Assembly (NCBI RefSeq): GCF_011386835.1 | Contig: NC_088791.1 | Span: 95,542,001-95,606,000, forward strand | Direction of reading: 5' to 3' | DNA from: Chrysemys picta bellii | Lineage: Eukaryota | DNA: 64,000 bases | In this document: in pieces, positions 11,428 to 25,824 of the stretch | Numbering within the stretch: the stretch's first letter is position 1 | Layout: each line of letters begins with the position of its first letter | Notes under the pieces: model-generated | The model's input: the letters and a program-made list of their open reading frames with translations, nothing else | Database searches by the model: none | Told to the model about the DNA's origin: nothing | Program-made: the position numbers and the translations under genes

Positions 11428-12389
11428 GTGAGCCCCCTGGCCCCTCCTCTTTCCTTAGCCAAACCTTTCCACAGTAGTGGCTTTGAACAGAACTCCATGG
11501 CATCCTTTCCCCTTCACCACTGCTCTGTGGCAATGCCCTCTCCACTCAGACTCAAGTGGCACAAGGGGGCTGAGTGCCAGGCGGTTTCATCTCTGCAGAC
11601 CCTACTGCAGAGGGTCTCAAACAGAAGGTCATGAGATCGCAGCCATCCAGCTCTTCCTGTAATGCTAAATGGGAGGCAGTCCCCGCTAGATTCCCACCTA
11701 GATGGGAGAAGGTTTGAGGGGAGAGGTTTCCTGTAAGAAAAAGGCTGGGAATCATTGCCCTACAATACTTCCAATTCTGGCTTTGGTTCCCAATGAACTG
11801 ACTCTTGTGGCTCTCCTCCTAGATCTCTACCCTGGACTTGTGACTATCAAATAAACTCACTAGGCAGTCGCCTTCTGTTCTTCAAATCCGGCCTGTCTCA
11901 GTTCAACCAAGACCCAGCATTAGAGTAGCAGGGATGAGGAGAGAGGTGCACTGGCACAGCTAGGTGCAAGGCCCCAGGATTGGAACAGCAGGGTTCCTGC
12001 ATGTCAGGGCTGAGGTGCTTTGGCAGAGCTGAAAGTAGGATCTAGGGCTGGAACAGTCAGCCGTGATGGAGGTGCATTGGGAAAGGTGTTTAGGGAGAGG
12101 TAGGAGTGGTCTAGCAGGGAGTGTTGGAGGACATGACTAAGGTGCTCTGGCAGAGGTCTTAGAGGCAGGTCTGGAATGACAGAGGGTGCCACACTTCAGG
12201 ATTAAGGTGGGCAGTGGCCTGGTGCCTGTGTAGACTGTGCCTAATTCTTGCCAGCTGGGCACTGTGAATTCACTGCTCTCCCATTTGTGTTCATTTTGCC
12301 CATTTCATGCCTATGGTCCCCTTTGGTTGGATGGAAATGTAGTTTTCTGCTGCTACCTCAGTTCTGCTCTTGGACCACTCTCCATGCAG

Positions 12390-12499
12390 GTCCCATCTCT
12401 TGACTACGGAGTTGTCCTGTGGTTCGATGCCTACACGCTGAGGAGACAGAAGTATGATCTGCCATGTACTCAAGGCCAGTGGATTATTCAGAACAGAAG
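12390..12499 (+). CDS. TMPRSS6: TMPRSS6 CUB2 exon ([15 protein letters not shown]...QNR)
   Basis: tgcag| acceptor, AG|gtgtgt donor; 110 nt. Confidence 0.95.
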
Positions 12500-13199
12500 G
12501 TGTGTGCTCATGTTCTTGCTGGATTGTCACTCTCCACCTCCAACCCCAGATTACTTCTGCATGAGTCTCAATTCGCCCCCAGCCCTCTCCTGTTTAGCCA
12601 GTCCCCAGGTCTGAAGGAGGAGATTCCTGCTAGGAAACATTTGCCAGCTCTAACTTCTATCTACTTGCTCCCACTCAGTCATTTGATCTGTGCCATTAAC
12701 TGTAACAGCTACTACTGTGCTGATGGCACTCAGTTGTCCATATCTTTTTCAATACTCTAGTGACTCCTCCTTGTCCACTGACTCTGCCTATCTCGACCAA
12801 GTAAATGTATGGCTTTGCCTCAGCTTCCTTCAGAAAAGCATCTTAGAGAGAGAAGTGCTTCTTTTGGGCAAAGGCAACATCCCCAAACCTCTCCAATGTC
12901 GCTATCAACGTCTCTTCTTCCTCGTGCTGTGTAAAGCAAACGGTCTAGTTTCCCCCACTGTTTCCCTGGCATCCTCCCACACCTCCTGTGTTTGCAAATG
13001 TGCCTATCACCACCTCTGCAGTAGCGTCTGTGTGTGCTACTGCCTCGAATCCTCCTCCGCACAAATCTGCCTCTGAGTCTCTGCCTCTTCCTGCTTTGCC
13101 TATAAAAACTCCCTTCTATAAAAGCTTCTTTAGGGCCTCCCTAAGCCCAGCTGCCATCATGCACTGGCTGCCGCTGCCCACCTTCTCCCGCGTACAAAG

Positions 13200-13560
13200 A
13201 AGCCTGGCCACTGTACTGACATCCTCAGACCCCTCCAGCTGGCCCCGCTTTCATTTCAGGAGCCTGTTCAAAATTGCCCTCCTATTTTAAAACCCTGTTT
13301 GGGCCTTTTCCAACCTACCTCGCAGACCTTGTCTCTGCTGCTCACCTGACCTCAGCCGCCTCTGTCTTTGGACCTGATCCAGGGAGTTGTTCCAATGACC
13401 TCAGATTCTCCACTATGGCTGTGTCAGCCTGTCATCAGCAACAGCTGTCTTGTATGTCTCATTTCACCAACTTCCCCTCTATTTGCATCCCTTCCTTGCA
13501 TGTACTTTTTTCTTCCTTTCTCCCTAGTCCAACCTCTCTTTAACTCTTATTTAACCATGT
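13200..13560 (+). mobile_element. L2-like LINE 3' remnant (another at ~29150-29270)
   Basis: Degenerate LHWLP..RI.FKIALL..K.L.G..P.YL-type RT C-terminal signature. Confidence 0.55.
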
Positions 13561-14373
13561 GAAGCATCTAGGATATGATGTCACAGGAAAGACAATATAG
13601 AAATAGCATTGGATTAGACAGCCTAAATTCTGCTCTTCCCCAGACAGGTAGGTGGAGTCATCCTGGATTTATGCCGAGGTAACAGAGCAGAATTTGGGCC
13701 AGTGGACTGTGTATAAAATATGGCCCGTTTGCAGAAGAACACCCATGACACCAATTCCCTGTGCCTGTTTTTTGTTACCAAGTGCATAATATTCTCTTCA
13801 AAGCTGTTCAGTCTGGAACATCCAGAACCATTACACACATCGATCACTAACTTTAAATGGTGTTTATTACCGCTTTCATTTCAAATTCTCTCCATCTTAC
13901 TCTTAGAATGTCTCTTTTCCTTTCCCTCCATCTCCATCAGTCTCTAAGACTGCTTCATTGCACATTTCATTTTCTCTGGCCCCTGATCTTGGTTACACTA
14001 GTGTAAAACCAGTGATGTCTCTGGAGTTGCTCTGGCCTCAGCACGTTCCAGCCAAGTAGCTAAGTGCTGGTGCAGTGGAGAGGAATATGTGGTGCCGGAT
14101 GGCTGGTCTGCTGAAAAAGCCTGGCTTCCCCTGCATTTCCAAGGGCATCGCCTCGCTTTCCTCTATCACTACTTTACATCCCCAAAACATACGGAGGGCG
14201 TTTCCCCATCTCTGCTATCCCAGTCCTTGTGGTTCTCTCTCTCTCATGGACCAGACTCCAATTCCCAACTGCCACAGACCCTTCCTTCCCCAACACCCTT
14301 TCCCCTTGAAGATCTCTTTTTTTTTTCTCCTTCACACAAACTCTGCGATGTCCTGCCTGTACTTCTCTATCAG

Positions 14374-14519
14374 GTTGTGTGGCCTGCGGACCCTGCAAGC
14401 CTACGCCGAGCGAATTCCTGTTGTGTCCTCTGCCGGCATCACCATCAGCTTCACCTCTCAGATTTCCCTAACTGGACCCGGAGTGCAGGCTGCCTACAGC
14501 CTCTATAACCAATCTGATC
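14374..14519 (+). CDS. TMPRSS6: TMPRSS6 CUB2 C-terminal exon ([15 protein letters not shown]...YNQSD)
   Basis: ctatcag| acceptor, C|gtgagt donor; 146 nt. Confidence 0.95.
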
Positions 14520-15286
14520 GTGAGTACAAGGCTTCTTATAGCCTAAAGACACCGACTGAGAATGTGGGCTGCATCTTTCACTGCTACCCAGTCACCAGCA
14601 GCTTTCTCAAGCTCCTGGCACGTGTTGAGAGCCACACATGCCAAGTCCCAGAACAAGCTCACCTATAGGTACATACACACGTTACCCTCACGAATACACG
14701 TGCACACACCACACTGAACCGTGGACACACAAACACTCGATCATACACAGCTCACAGAGGTATTGAGGGACTGTACACCTAGGCACAGGCAGACTCACCT
14801 CTGCCTCTGTATTACTGAGCTGGCCTTGGAATTAGATGCCTTAGCTTATTTTAATTTGAAATGACTGTTTCAATCACAGAGGCTCCTGGAGAGTTATTTC
14901 CTTCTTTCCCTTGAAATCCATGTATGTGGAAGACAGAGAGAAAGACACAGCCTGACACACACCCACATGCGCGCATACACACTCTCTCCAAGTCGGTCTT
15001 GTCTTACTGTGCAGTACAGTGCACATGGTCCCTCTCTGCATACTCCCCGCATGTCCTGGGGACACCTTTTTCAGGTCCCTGACCAGGGTTTTGTAACAGC
15101 CCCCAGGGAATTTATCCCCATATTCCACCCAGCATCATGCACGGTGTGGCAGGATGTAATAAACAGTGTAGCTCCCAGGAGTTCTGGTGAGAGATTGCTC
15201 TTGATTTCCTGGACCCTGTCATATGACCTGCATCGGTTACAAGCGGTCAATACCCGCATTGCCTAGCCAGGGTCTGTATACATTGA

Positions 15287-15709
<423 letters not shown>

Positions 15710-16484
15710 TGAATCAATCACGGGGTGAAAGTAACAAAGGCATTTGCCTGGTTACATACAGGCAGTGAATCTTCAGTCCACCAGAGTCACACTGCTTCAG
15801 TCTGTTAGGAAGTGATACTGAAAGTTTAATGTGCACCTGGCTCTTCCGTGCACTCTCGAGGCCATATATCCCACAGATAGCTGGCCCCAGAAATGGGGCA
15901 GTAGAAAAAACAGACAGTTTCCATACATCAAGATGTACAAGTTCCGCAAATAAATCACTGTCCAACCTACAGCACTACACTACCCCCTCACTGCTAGTAC
16001 AGTGCATGCCTGACAACCGCTCTCTCTCACCACACTGAACCTCAGTCCTGGCTTACAGCCCCACCTGCTGTTCTAGGCCTGGGTGTCCCACGCTGCTCTG
16101 CCAACACACACCAGTCTTGGCTGCCCATAATATATGTAGTGCTTGCTCAGTAGAGCTCTGGGTCGGGGTGCTCTGCTCACCGCTGGATAGCGTCACCCAC
16201 TGGCCATTCTGGGTATTAGCTCCATCAGGCCAACACCCTTTCCTGCAGTTGCACTCCATCTCTCTCTTTCAGTCTGCAGCCCTTCTCTCAACCCAGGAGC
16301 TACTGCTTCCTCTTCAGGACTTAGCCCTCCAGCCAGTTCACTAAGGTCCTCCCCTTCCAGGGTAGTCTTTCTAAAATCTCTCTACAAGCAGCATCAGGCA
16401 GTCCTCACACTGCTGCCCAGACCAACTTATTCCTACACTGACTCCAGCAGTCTTCATATCCACTGCCCTTAATGGTACCACTCT

Positions 16485-16867
16485 GCAGTGGATGGTAGGG
16501 AAACCCAGGCCCACCCTCTACTCTGGGTTCCAGTCCAGGGTCCTGTACTGAACAGCCAAGGTCTGCATTTCCACCGCCTTACTGCTCTCACTCCCGGACT
16601 CCTGCCTACTTGGCTTCTTCTCCCCCTTCTTTCTCCTTTACCTCAGGGAGAGGGGATGCAGGCTTCCTCCCTGTTGTCCCCCCACCACTGCTGCCGGTCT
16701 CGTGTCTTTATAGAAGCCCCGCCTGTTCCCTCACAGCTGAGCTTCCTTCTAATTAGCTTCCCCCAAACAGCCTAAAACACCGCTGTTTGCAGTTTAATTG
16801 GCCGATTGGGCCCACTTGGCCTAATTCAGCTCTTGCAGGGCTGGTGTGGGGAGTACACTCCCCCCCC
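16485..16867 (+). mobile_element. LTR-like repeat
   Basis: Similar to other copies in the window; tctttatagaag box; ends ...ccccaca. Confidence 0.4.
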
Positions 16868-17195
16868 ACACACACACAGATTCTTTGTATTTTTAAACCA
16901 CTTGCAAATATCACCTAACTAACTCTCACAGCTGTCCTGGGAAGTATTCTTAGTATTACTACAGATTGGGGGGGGGGGAGGACAGAGAGGAAGGTTAGAT
17001 TTGTCCAGGGCCACCCAGCAAATCAGTGGCAGAATTGGCACTAGAACTCTGGCATTCTTAGGTCCTAATCCCATCCTCAGGGCATTAGACCATGGTGCCT
17101 GTATGCAACGCTGCCCATGCCTGTTAGTCCTGGCATGCAACAGTCCCTCCCTGCTGTTCCAGGCCTCCCATGAAGCTCACAGTCCTGTGCTCACA

Positions 17196-19830
17196 GGAAC
17201 ATAAGAATCACAGTGCTGGGTCTGACAAGGCTCTATTTACCCCAGGATCCTGTCTCTGACAGTGGCCAGCGCCAGATAATTCAGAAGAAGGGGCAGAAAA
17301 CCTTATTGTGGAAAGTTATTGAATAAACCTGTCCATGGAGGAAGTTTCTTTCTAAATCCATCAGTTAGTGCTTGATTTGAAGCATGAGGGTTTATTATCT
17401 CTAGTTGTCATGTCTGTGTGTCCCCCTCCCCGTGTCTTATGTAGCTGTAGATGTTCTCATTCTCTATATAAATATCTAATCCTTTTTAGAATCCTATTAA
17501 GATTAATTCAAACTAGAACAGGTGCAGAGAAGGGCTACAAGGATGATCAGGGGAATGGAAACCTGCCTCATGAGAGGAGACTCATGGAACTTGGCTTGTT
17601 TTGTTTAACCAAATGAAGGCTGAGGGAAAATATGATTGTTCTCTGTAAATACATCAGAGGGATAAACACCCGGGAGGGAGAGGAGTTATTTAAATTAAAG
17701 GCCAATGTTGGCAATAAGAACAAATGGATATAAACTGTTCATCAATACGTTTAGGCTTGAAATTAGATGAAGGTTTCTAACCATCAGAGTGAGGTTCTGG
17801 AACAGCCTTCCAAGGGCAGTAGTGCTGGGGGGTGAAGGGGAAACATAACATCTTTCAAGATTGATCTTGATAAGTTTACAGAGGGGACAGTGTGATGAGA
17901 CTGCCGTGAGGGTTATTAGCAAATATCTCCAAAGGCCGGTGATGGGACACTAGATGGGGGGGTGGCTCTGCATTACTACAGAGAATTCTCTTCCAGGTGT
18001 CTGGGCTGGTGGGTCTCGCCACATGCTCAGGGTTTAACTGACTGCCATATTTGGGGTTGGGAAGGAAATTTCCCCCAGGCTATATTGTCAGAGATCCTGG
18101 GGGGGTTTCACCTTCCTCTGCAGCGTGCGGCGCGAGTCACCTGCAGATTTTAAGTAGTGTAAATGGTGGAAGTTTTAAAATCAAGATTTGAGGACTCCAG
18201 TAACTCAACCAGCGGTTAGGGGCCTATTATTGGAGTGTATGGGCGAGGTTCTGTGGCCTGTGACATGCAGGAGGTCAGACTAGATGATCCTGATGGCCCC
18301 TTCTGGCCTTAAAGTCTATGAGTTCTTGTCCTCAGTGATATCTTGTGGCTGTGAGTTCCAGGGGCTAATTATGATTTGGATGTAAAAAGATAGTATTTCC
18401 TTTTTCAGTTTCAAATGTGCTGCATTTCAGTTTCACTCAATGTCTGTGTCCTTGTATTATTAAAGTGGGTAAATAGAAGCAGCCTGATTTACCTTCTCTA
18501 TCACCTTCATTGTCCTGTGTGCCTGTCAAGCCCCCTCCGTTTCATCTCATCTCTAAAGCAAACAGCCCTAGTCTTTTAAATCTCTGTTTTTATTGTCCCA
18601 GATTTTTCCAGGCCTCTAATAATCTGAACTCCTTGTGTAAATTATTACATAAATAATAACTATAATGAGGCAGCGCCTGGAGGCCCCAGCCCCATTGTGT
18701 TTGGGCCTGTCCACACAAGCATAGCAAGAAGACAGTCCCTGCTCCCAAAGGACTTACAATCTAATGATAAGACAAAAGACAACAGGTAGATGCAACAAAC
18801 AGCAAGGGGAGCACGAGGTAACAGTGAGCCAATCGTAATACAGATCATGTGCTGTGGCCCATGCTTACCAACCCCCGAGCCACTGTTGAGCGGTTTGCAG
18901 GTAAGGTAGGTTTAAGGAAGGATTTGAAGATGTATAGCGTAATGGCTTTGTAGTCTTCTAGTTTTGTTGTAGATGGGCTAACCAGGACTGGGCACAGTAT
19001 TCCAGGTGAAGGCGCACCTTTGATTTATAGAACAGCATTAGACTATTTTCAGTATTACTCTCATTCCTATTCCTGATACATCCGGACTCGTTGCTTGCCC
19101 TTTTTGGGTATGTCCACACTGCATGCTAAGCCCAGGCTATAACTCAGGTTTGAGCCCAAGTCCCCCTTCCATTCATACACAAATCAGTCTGATTTGGGTC
19201 AGCAAACACTCAGGACCTGGGTCCTAGGACCATCCTGGGGGGTGGTTCAGAGTCCGAGTCCTGCTGTGACTCGGATCCAAGCCCTGTCATTTTGCAGTGT
19301 AGATGTAGCTGAAGCCACAGACCCAGTTCAGAATGTCTGCGTAGTGCAGTGTGGACACATTAGCACAGCTCTGAGACCTGCGTCCAGCAATTGTAAGCCC
19401 AGGTTTACAATGCAGTGTGGACACTGAAGCGCAGGCTTGGCAACACCAAGTCCACAAGCCCACGTCCCACAGACCTGGGTTTACAATGCAGTGTAGACAT
19501 ACCCTTTGAGCCTGGCTGTACACTGAATGGAAGCTTTCAATGAGCTATCTAGGATGACATCCAAGACTTTTTCCTGCACAGTTAGTTAATTTAAAACAGA
19601 TCAAGTTTCTTCTTCCTAGATGAATTACTGAGCATTTGTTAACAATTTGTTTCATCTGCTATCGAGCTGCCCTCTGGAATTCACTGCAGTCTTCTCTAGT
19701 CTTGACTAACCAAAATAATTTTGCAGCAGCTGCAAATGTTGCCACCTCACTGCTCTCTTTTTCCTTGGCCATTAATGAATATACTAAACACCAGTCCTAG
19801 CATGGAACCTTGGGCACGCCACTATCTTCC
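17196..19830 (-). mobile_element. Old CR1 (minus) interrupted by a younger plus-strand CR1 3' end (~17504-18322), a SINE-like piece (~18660-18950) and a MITE
   Basis: acataagaa 3' tail at 17196; antisense RT-region text resumes after each insertion. Confidence 0.65.
19106..19504. mobile_element. PIF/Harbinger-like MITE (related copies at ~22460-22696, 25330-25584, 38052-38283, 44293-44553)
   Basis: TIR GGGTATGTCCACACTGCA/TGCAGTGTAGACATACCC (17/18); 3-bp TTT flanks. Confidence 0.75.
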
Positions 19831-19849
19831 GCAGGGCCAGATGAAATTC

Positions 19850-21870
19850 ATCCTGAAGTGCCTGCTTCAGCTAGTTCTGTAATCTCGGAACTGTTAGTAA
19901 TTATCTTTGAGAATTGATGGAAGGCCGGAGAGGTCCCAGAGGCCTGGAGAAGGGCAAACAGTACTTATCTTTAAAAGGGGGAACACAGAGGACCCCAGAC
20001 ATTATAGACCAGTCAGCCTAACTTCAATACCCTGGAAAGATACTGGAACACATTATTAAACATTCAATTTGTAAGCACCTAGAGGATAATAGGATTACGA
20101 GGAATAGCCAGCATGGATTTGTCAAGAACAAATCATGCCAAACCAAATTAATTTCTTTCTTTGACAGGGTTACTGGCCTAGTGGATAAGCTGTGGACATT
20201 GTATATCTTGATTTTAGTAAGGCTTTTGACACAGTTCCACATGACAGTCTCATCTAGGGAACTATGAATTTACTATAAGGCAGGTGCACAACAGATTGAA
20301 AGACTGTACTCAAAGAGTAGTTATCAGTGGTTTGCAGTCACACTGGGGGTAAGTGTCTAGTGGGGTCCCAGAGGGGGTCAGTCTTATATCTGGTATTATT
20401 CAATATTTTCATTAATGGCTTGGATAATGGAGTGGGGAGTATGCTTATAAAGTATGCAGATGACACCAAGCTGGTGGGGGGGAGGGGGGTGTTGCAAGCG
20501 TTTTGGAGGACGGGACCTTGCTGAATTGGAGAATTGATCTGATTTCAACAAAATGAAAGTCAATACAGACAAATGCAAAGTACTTCACATAGGAAGGGGA
20601 AAAAAATGAAATGCACAACTACAAAATGGGGACTAGCTGCCTAGGTGGTAGCACTGTTGAAAAGGGCCTGAGGGTTTACTGAGGATTGGGGCCTATCCTA
20701 TAGCCCCCTCCTCCTACCGGCCCAGGTTTTGCTCTTGCTGAGCCAGCTCACTCCCTGGTGTAATTCTATCTGAGCTCTCTCAAGGAATCCAGGGAAGCAG
20801 TTTCCAGCAGCCTTAGTTTTTTATTTTAAGCCGCCTTAACAAATCAAAGACCCCTTCAAAGTCTGTGCAGGCTGAGCAGTCCCTTCCCCAAATCTGTCCC
20901 TCACACCAGTAAGTGCCGCAACCCACTTTCCTGGCTCTTTCCTCACAGCCTCAGGAAGAGAAGGACTTCACACAGTCTCCCTTCTGTCCATTTGGTTTCT
21001 GGAGCAACCCCTCTGTGCAGTTGCTCCAGCAGCCATGAATTAGGCACACAGTCCCTCAGCTTTTGGGAGGGTCTGGCCATCTCGCCCTCTTTTATGAGGA
21101 TCAGCCAGTTACGGTCCACCTCTTTTCCCAGGTGCAGCAGGTGAGGCTAATCAGCCAGCCAGCCAGTCAGCTAGCGGCAGGCCTCTGACCCCAGAGGAAT
21201 GGTATCCCTTATACTGTCACAGGGATATGGTGGATCACAAATTGAATATCAATCAACAATGTGATGCAGCTGAAAAAAAGGCTAATATCATTCTGGGGTA
21301 TATTAATGGGAGTGTTGTATGTAAGACATGGGAGATAATTGTCCCACTCTGCTTGGCACTGGTGAGGCCTCAGCAGGAGTACTGGGTCAAATTCTGGGTG
21401 CCACACTTTAGGAAAGATGTGGACAAACTGGAGAGAGTCCAGAGGAGAGCAACAAAAATGATAAAAGGTTTAGAAAACCTGACCTATGAGGAAAGGTTAA
21501 AAAAAACTTTAGAGAAAAGAAAACGGAGTGGGGACCAGATAACAGTCTTCAGCTGTGTTAAGGGCTGTTATACAGAGGATGGTGATCAATTGTTTTCCAT
21601 GTTCACTCAAGGCAGGACAAGAAGTAATGGGCTTAATCTGCAGCCAGGGAGATTTAGGTTAGATATTAGGAAAAACTTTCTATCTATAAGGATAGCTCTG
21701 GAACAGGCTTCCAAGGGAGGTTGTGGAATCTCCGTCACTGGAGGTTTTTAAGAACAGGCTGGACAAACACCTGTCAGGGATGGTCTAGGTTTAGTCGGTG
21801 CCTCAGCACAGGGAGCTGGACTTGGTGACCTCTCGAGGTCCCTTCCAGCCCTACTCTTCTATGATTCTGT
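19850..21870 (+). mobile_element. 5'-truncated CR1 LINE (RT region and 3' end), split by an insertion at ~20678-21220
   Basis: QGSVL..VLFNIFIN.LD.GV...LIKYADDTKL-type motifs (ORF 20327..20524); ORF 21227..21751; ttctatgattct tail. Confidence 0.9.
20678..21220 (+). mobile_element. LTR-like insertion inside the CR1
   Basis: CR1 text is contiguous either side (gagggtt | atggtggatcac); ends ctgtcaca; boundaries approximate. Confidence 0.55.
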
Positions 21871-22844
21871 GATTAACCTTCTTTAAATCAAGATGGGGCA
21901 TCTTTCTAAAACATAGGTTCTAGCTCAGCCACAAGTTACTGGGCCTGAAGCAGCAGCCCCTGGGTGAAAATTCATAACCTGTGTTACACAGGAAGTCAGA
22001 CTAGATGATCAGAACGGTCTCTTCTGACCTTATAATCGCTGACTCTGTGGAACCTTTGCCGTGATAAAAAGTTACCATGCATTTCTACTCTCTGTTTTCT
22101 GTTGCTTTCCTGTGCTCAGTGCATTAGTCCATGTTGCCTCTCCTATAGCTCTGCCAGTGCACTACAGTCCTGACCCACAGCACCTTTCTGATGTGCTCTG
22201 TTCGCTATACCACATCGGTGCTCTGCTGATACACCTTAATCCTCGTGCACTCCCTTAGCCTCTCTTAAACAAAGGTGGCCAGTCTTGCCAAAAATGGGGC
22301 TGTCAGATGGCCACAATATGTGACTAGGCTGAGATTCTCCTCCTCCCCCAAATCATTTCACACATGACTTGTCCTATATTTGATGCCAGGACTGCAGAGG
22401 CAAAATGGGCTGGTCTCTTAACCCTCACATCACTTGGGCCTCCCAGCCTGGGTAGACAGACTGGCGCTAGCGGGGCCGAGCTCGGGCACTAACAGTAGCG
22501 GTGTGGATCTTGCCACTCAGGCTCTCACGCTCACGTGACCCCTGGCTCTGAGCTCGGGGCACCAGCCTGAGTCTCCGCCGGAGCCGCAACGTCCCCACTG
22601 CTATTTTCAGCACGATAGCTCGAGCCCTGCTAGCGCCAATCTGACTGCCCTGCCCTGGTGGGGCGGCTCACTGCCAGCTGCAGTGCAGACATACCCAAAG
22701 TCCCTTTCTCCTCTAGCCAAATGCCACATGGTGTTTCCAGTTTTGGCTAGTGGGTGGGTATTGCTGAGGGATAAGAGACCCGCTCTTTCCCTTTGCCTTG
22801 CTTTTCTGAATCCCGCCCGTTTCCTCCGGGTGCTTTGGTCTTAG

Positions 22845-22958
22845 TGTGCTCAGCGAAGTTCCAGTGTCAGGAGGACAGCACTTGCATAGAGTTCACCAAG
22901 GTCTGCGACCAACACCTGGACTGTGTCAACGGGAGCGACGAGGAGCAGTGCAATGAAG
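22845..22958 (+). CDS. TMPRSS6: TMPRSS6 LDLa2 exon ([13 protein letters not shown]...GSDEEQCNE)
   Basis: tcttag| acceptor, AAG|gtaggg donor; 114 nt. Confidence 0.96.
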
Positions 22959-23019
22959 GTAGGGATGGGAGACTTCTGGGTAGCGATAAAGTTCCCCCTA
23001 TCAGCTAACAATGCATGCA

Positions 23020-23210
23020 GTGTTGTTGTAGCTGTGTCAGTCCCAGGATATCAGAGAGACAAGGGAGGTGAGGTAATACCTTTAATTGTACCAGCTTTTG
23101 TTGATGAGAAGTTAGTCCAATCAAAGATGTTACCTCACCCACCTTGTCTCTCTAATAAGCTATTGATAAGATTCCTCTGCTGAGTCTCAGATCAGGACCC
23201 CGCTACCAGC
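23020..23210. repeat. Interspersed repeat with motif gacaaggtgggtgaggtaata, possibly a Penelope-like terminus; copies at ~40530-40592, 43895-44050, 49405-50190
   Basis: Motif recurs in both orientations at several places in the window; class assignment uncertain. Confidence 0.5.
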
Positions 23211-23289
23211 TAACACCAAAGTACAGCTAGTAACATTCTGTCTCTTAACCTACCAGCTAATACAGGGGTATTACTGAGGGAACTCCCAC

Positions 23290-23511
23290 CAGGGCCGGCT
23301 CCAGGGTTTTGGCCACCCCAAGCAGCCAAAAAAAAAAAAAAAAAAGCCGCGATCGTGATCTGCGGCGGCAATTCGGCGGAAGGTCCTTCGCTCCGAGCGG
23401 GAGTGAGGGACCGTCCACCGAATTGCCGCCGAATAGCTGGACCTGCTGCCCCTCTCCGGAGTGGCCGCCCCAAGCACCTGCTTGCCAAGCTGGTGCCTGG
23501 AGCCGACCCTG
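23290..23511. mobile_element. 222-bp hAT (Tip100-like) MITE
   Basis: TIR CAGGGCCGGCTCCAGG/CCTGGAGCCGACCCTG; TSD ACTCCCAC/AGTCCCAC (7/8). Confidence 0.87.
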
Positions 23512-23653
23512 AGTCCCACCCATCAATCTAGGAGTTCACCAAGGCAGAAGGTTGACATGGGTTTTTTTGGCTGCTCCATGCTCTCCACTGAAATACTCCA
23601 ACCCTCATTCAAGTCTCTCCCCTTTACTCCCCCATCCAACTTCATCTTTCCAG

Positions 23654-23770
23654 GAGTCCCCTGCGGGCCTTTCACTTACCAGTGTGCAGACAGGAGCTGT
23701 GTGAAGAAACCCAACCCTCAGTGCGACTCCGCCACTGACTGCAAGGACTCGTCTGATGAGAAGCACTGTG
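23654..23770 (+). CDS. TMPRSS6: TMPRSS6 LDLa3 exon ([15 protein letters not shown]...SDEKHC)
   Basis: ttccag| acceptor, G|gtgagg donor; 117 nt. Confidence 0.96.
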
Positions 23771-24273
23771 GTGAGGAGTGAGAAGGGAGGGCACTCTCCT
23801 AGGCACTGCCAGGGGGAAGCTCCCACTCCTGGAGTTAAGAACGGTGCTGGCTGGGCCCTGCTGTGAGGAACCTTGTTCTACCAGAGCCTTGGTTGGCACT
23901 GCTGGAGTCATGGTTGCCAGTAATGGGGCACTGCTCCGAGAAAGTTCATATTAACAGAACACCAACTGGCACGGACTGGGCAGTGTCCCAGCTGGTGCTG
24001 ATTGAGCTCAAGCGTGTGGGAAAGGTAGTGCGGGGTTCACCTGTGTTAATAATAGGGAAAAACCTCACACTGGAGTTTTCAGTCGCCTCAGCCTTGATGT
24101 ACTATAAAATGGCTCCAGCCAGTGCCAGGCAGGGTGTAATTGGCCAAGGGTATAAATGGTGTAAATGGCAGACTGGAAAGTCAGTAAAACAAAGGGGAAG
24201 GGCAGACATGATATACAACGGCCCCTTCTATTCTTTCTCCCCTGAGAGACTTGCTATGTCTTCCTCTCCTTAG

Positions 24274-24442
24274 ATTGTGGATGGCAGGCCCCTCTGAACC
24301 GGATTGTGGGTGGCGCCAATTCCGTAGAAGGGGAGTGGCCATGGCAGGCTAGCCTGCAGGTCCGCGGGAGCCATATTTGCGGTGGAACGCTGATTGCCGA
24401 TCGGTGGGTGGTCTCAGCGGCTCACTGCTTCCAGGATGACAG
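24274..24442 (+). CDS. TMPRSS6: TMPRSS6 exon with activation site and catalytic His ([13 protein letters not shown]...SAAHCFQDD)
   Basis: Translated by hand (not in the ORF track); ccttag| acceptor, AG|gtaaat donor; 169 nt. Confidence 0.96.
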
Positions 24443-25824
24443 GTAAATGGTGAGGGAAGAGCTCTGTGGAGGAGACCGAGTTCAGACTGCTTTCACATCG
24501 AAGCCAGTTGGGTCTCAGCCTAAACCAACTTGGAACCGTGTCACAGAATGGCCGGTCACTTCGGAACGATTGACGATAGTGGCTCAGAGCTGCAGCAAGG
24601 AGGTCAGGCCTGGGAAGCCCTGCTGGAGATGTGTGTGTATGAGGGCAGGACTGTGGTAGCAGGGAGGTGCGGAGGTGCCCTGGGAAGGCATACAGGGGAG
24701 GGAGCTTGCATACACAGACGAAGGGTAGAGGAAATGGCTGCAACAGCCCAGCAAATTAATCTGGCGGAGCACTAGCACCGCTTTGCTAGTTCTGTGTTTT
24801 GTAGGGTGGGGCTTGTTTTATTACTATTATTATTTTGTACTGGGGTTAGAGGTATGGAGGAAGAAAAGGAGAGACGGGGAAGAGGAATAGTCACAGTTGG
24901 GCATGTGCCCAGCCAGGACCAGCAGGCTGGGGTTCAGAGGCATCATGGCAGAGATGAATCTTAAGGAGGGATTTGATGGAGGATAAGGTGGCAGCTGTTT
25001 GGAGAGTCTGTCAGGGAGTATTTCACATGCATTAGGGGCAGCACAGGAGAAGGCATGGAGGTGGAAGGGACCATGTGTCTAAACAATAGGCCTCTTACAG
25101 TTTTCCCCCCAGTCTTCTTCACTATGTTTTCCTCTCTGCCCTTCACTCTCCTGCCTGGAACATGTTCTCCCCTCTCCCATAGGCATGCTAGCTAATCTAT
25201 CTAAACATCTCCACTGCTCCACCTCCAATCCCCACGTCTCTTGGCTTTTCCCATTAGGAGGTAGGTGCTATTTAATCTATGCTCCCATTTAGGGCTGTTC
25301 CTCCTTGTAATGTACCCTTTCTCAACCGAAGGATATGTCTTCACTAGAAACACTACAGCTGGAGCTGCGCCACTGGTGTCGCGTGTAGACACTACAGTGA
25401 CAGAAGGGGTTCTTCCATCGCTGTAGTAAATTCTAGTTAGGTCAATGGAAGAATTCTTCTGTTGACTTAGCACTGTCTACACTGGGGCTTAGGTTGGCTT
25501 ACCTACATCTCTCAGGGGCGTGAATTTTTCACACTCCTGAGCGACATAGCTAAGTCGACCTACGTTTTCAGCATAGACCAGCCCTCAGATATGTCTTTCC
25601 CCTCCTTTACATCGCTCCCTCTCTGACCTTTTAACAGAGGTTTCACTTTCCCCATGCTCTCTTCCTTTCCTTTGCCCGCCCATTGTCTCTCTGATTTTCC
25701 AGACTTCTCCTCACTTCCCTCACTCGCCTTCATTTCCCCTAATTTCTCACTCTCCCTTTTCATGCTGCACGCCCCACCTCTCTGTCTAACACTGACACAC
25801 TTTTTCTCCCCTTGCCCCCAGTAG

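Noticed and set aside
21227-21751. 174-aa ORF
   Set aside because: C-terminal fragment of CR1 ORF2, not a host gene
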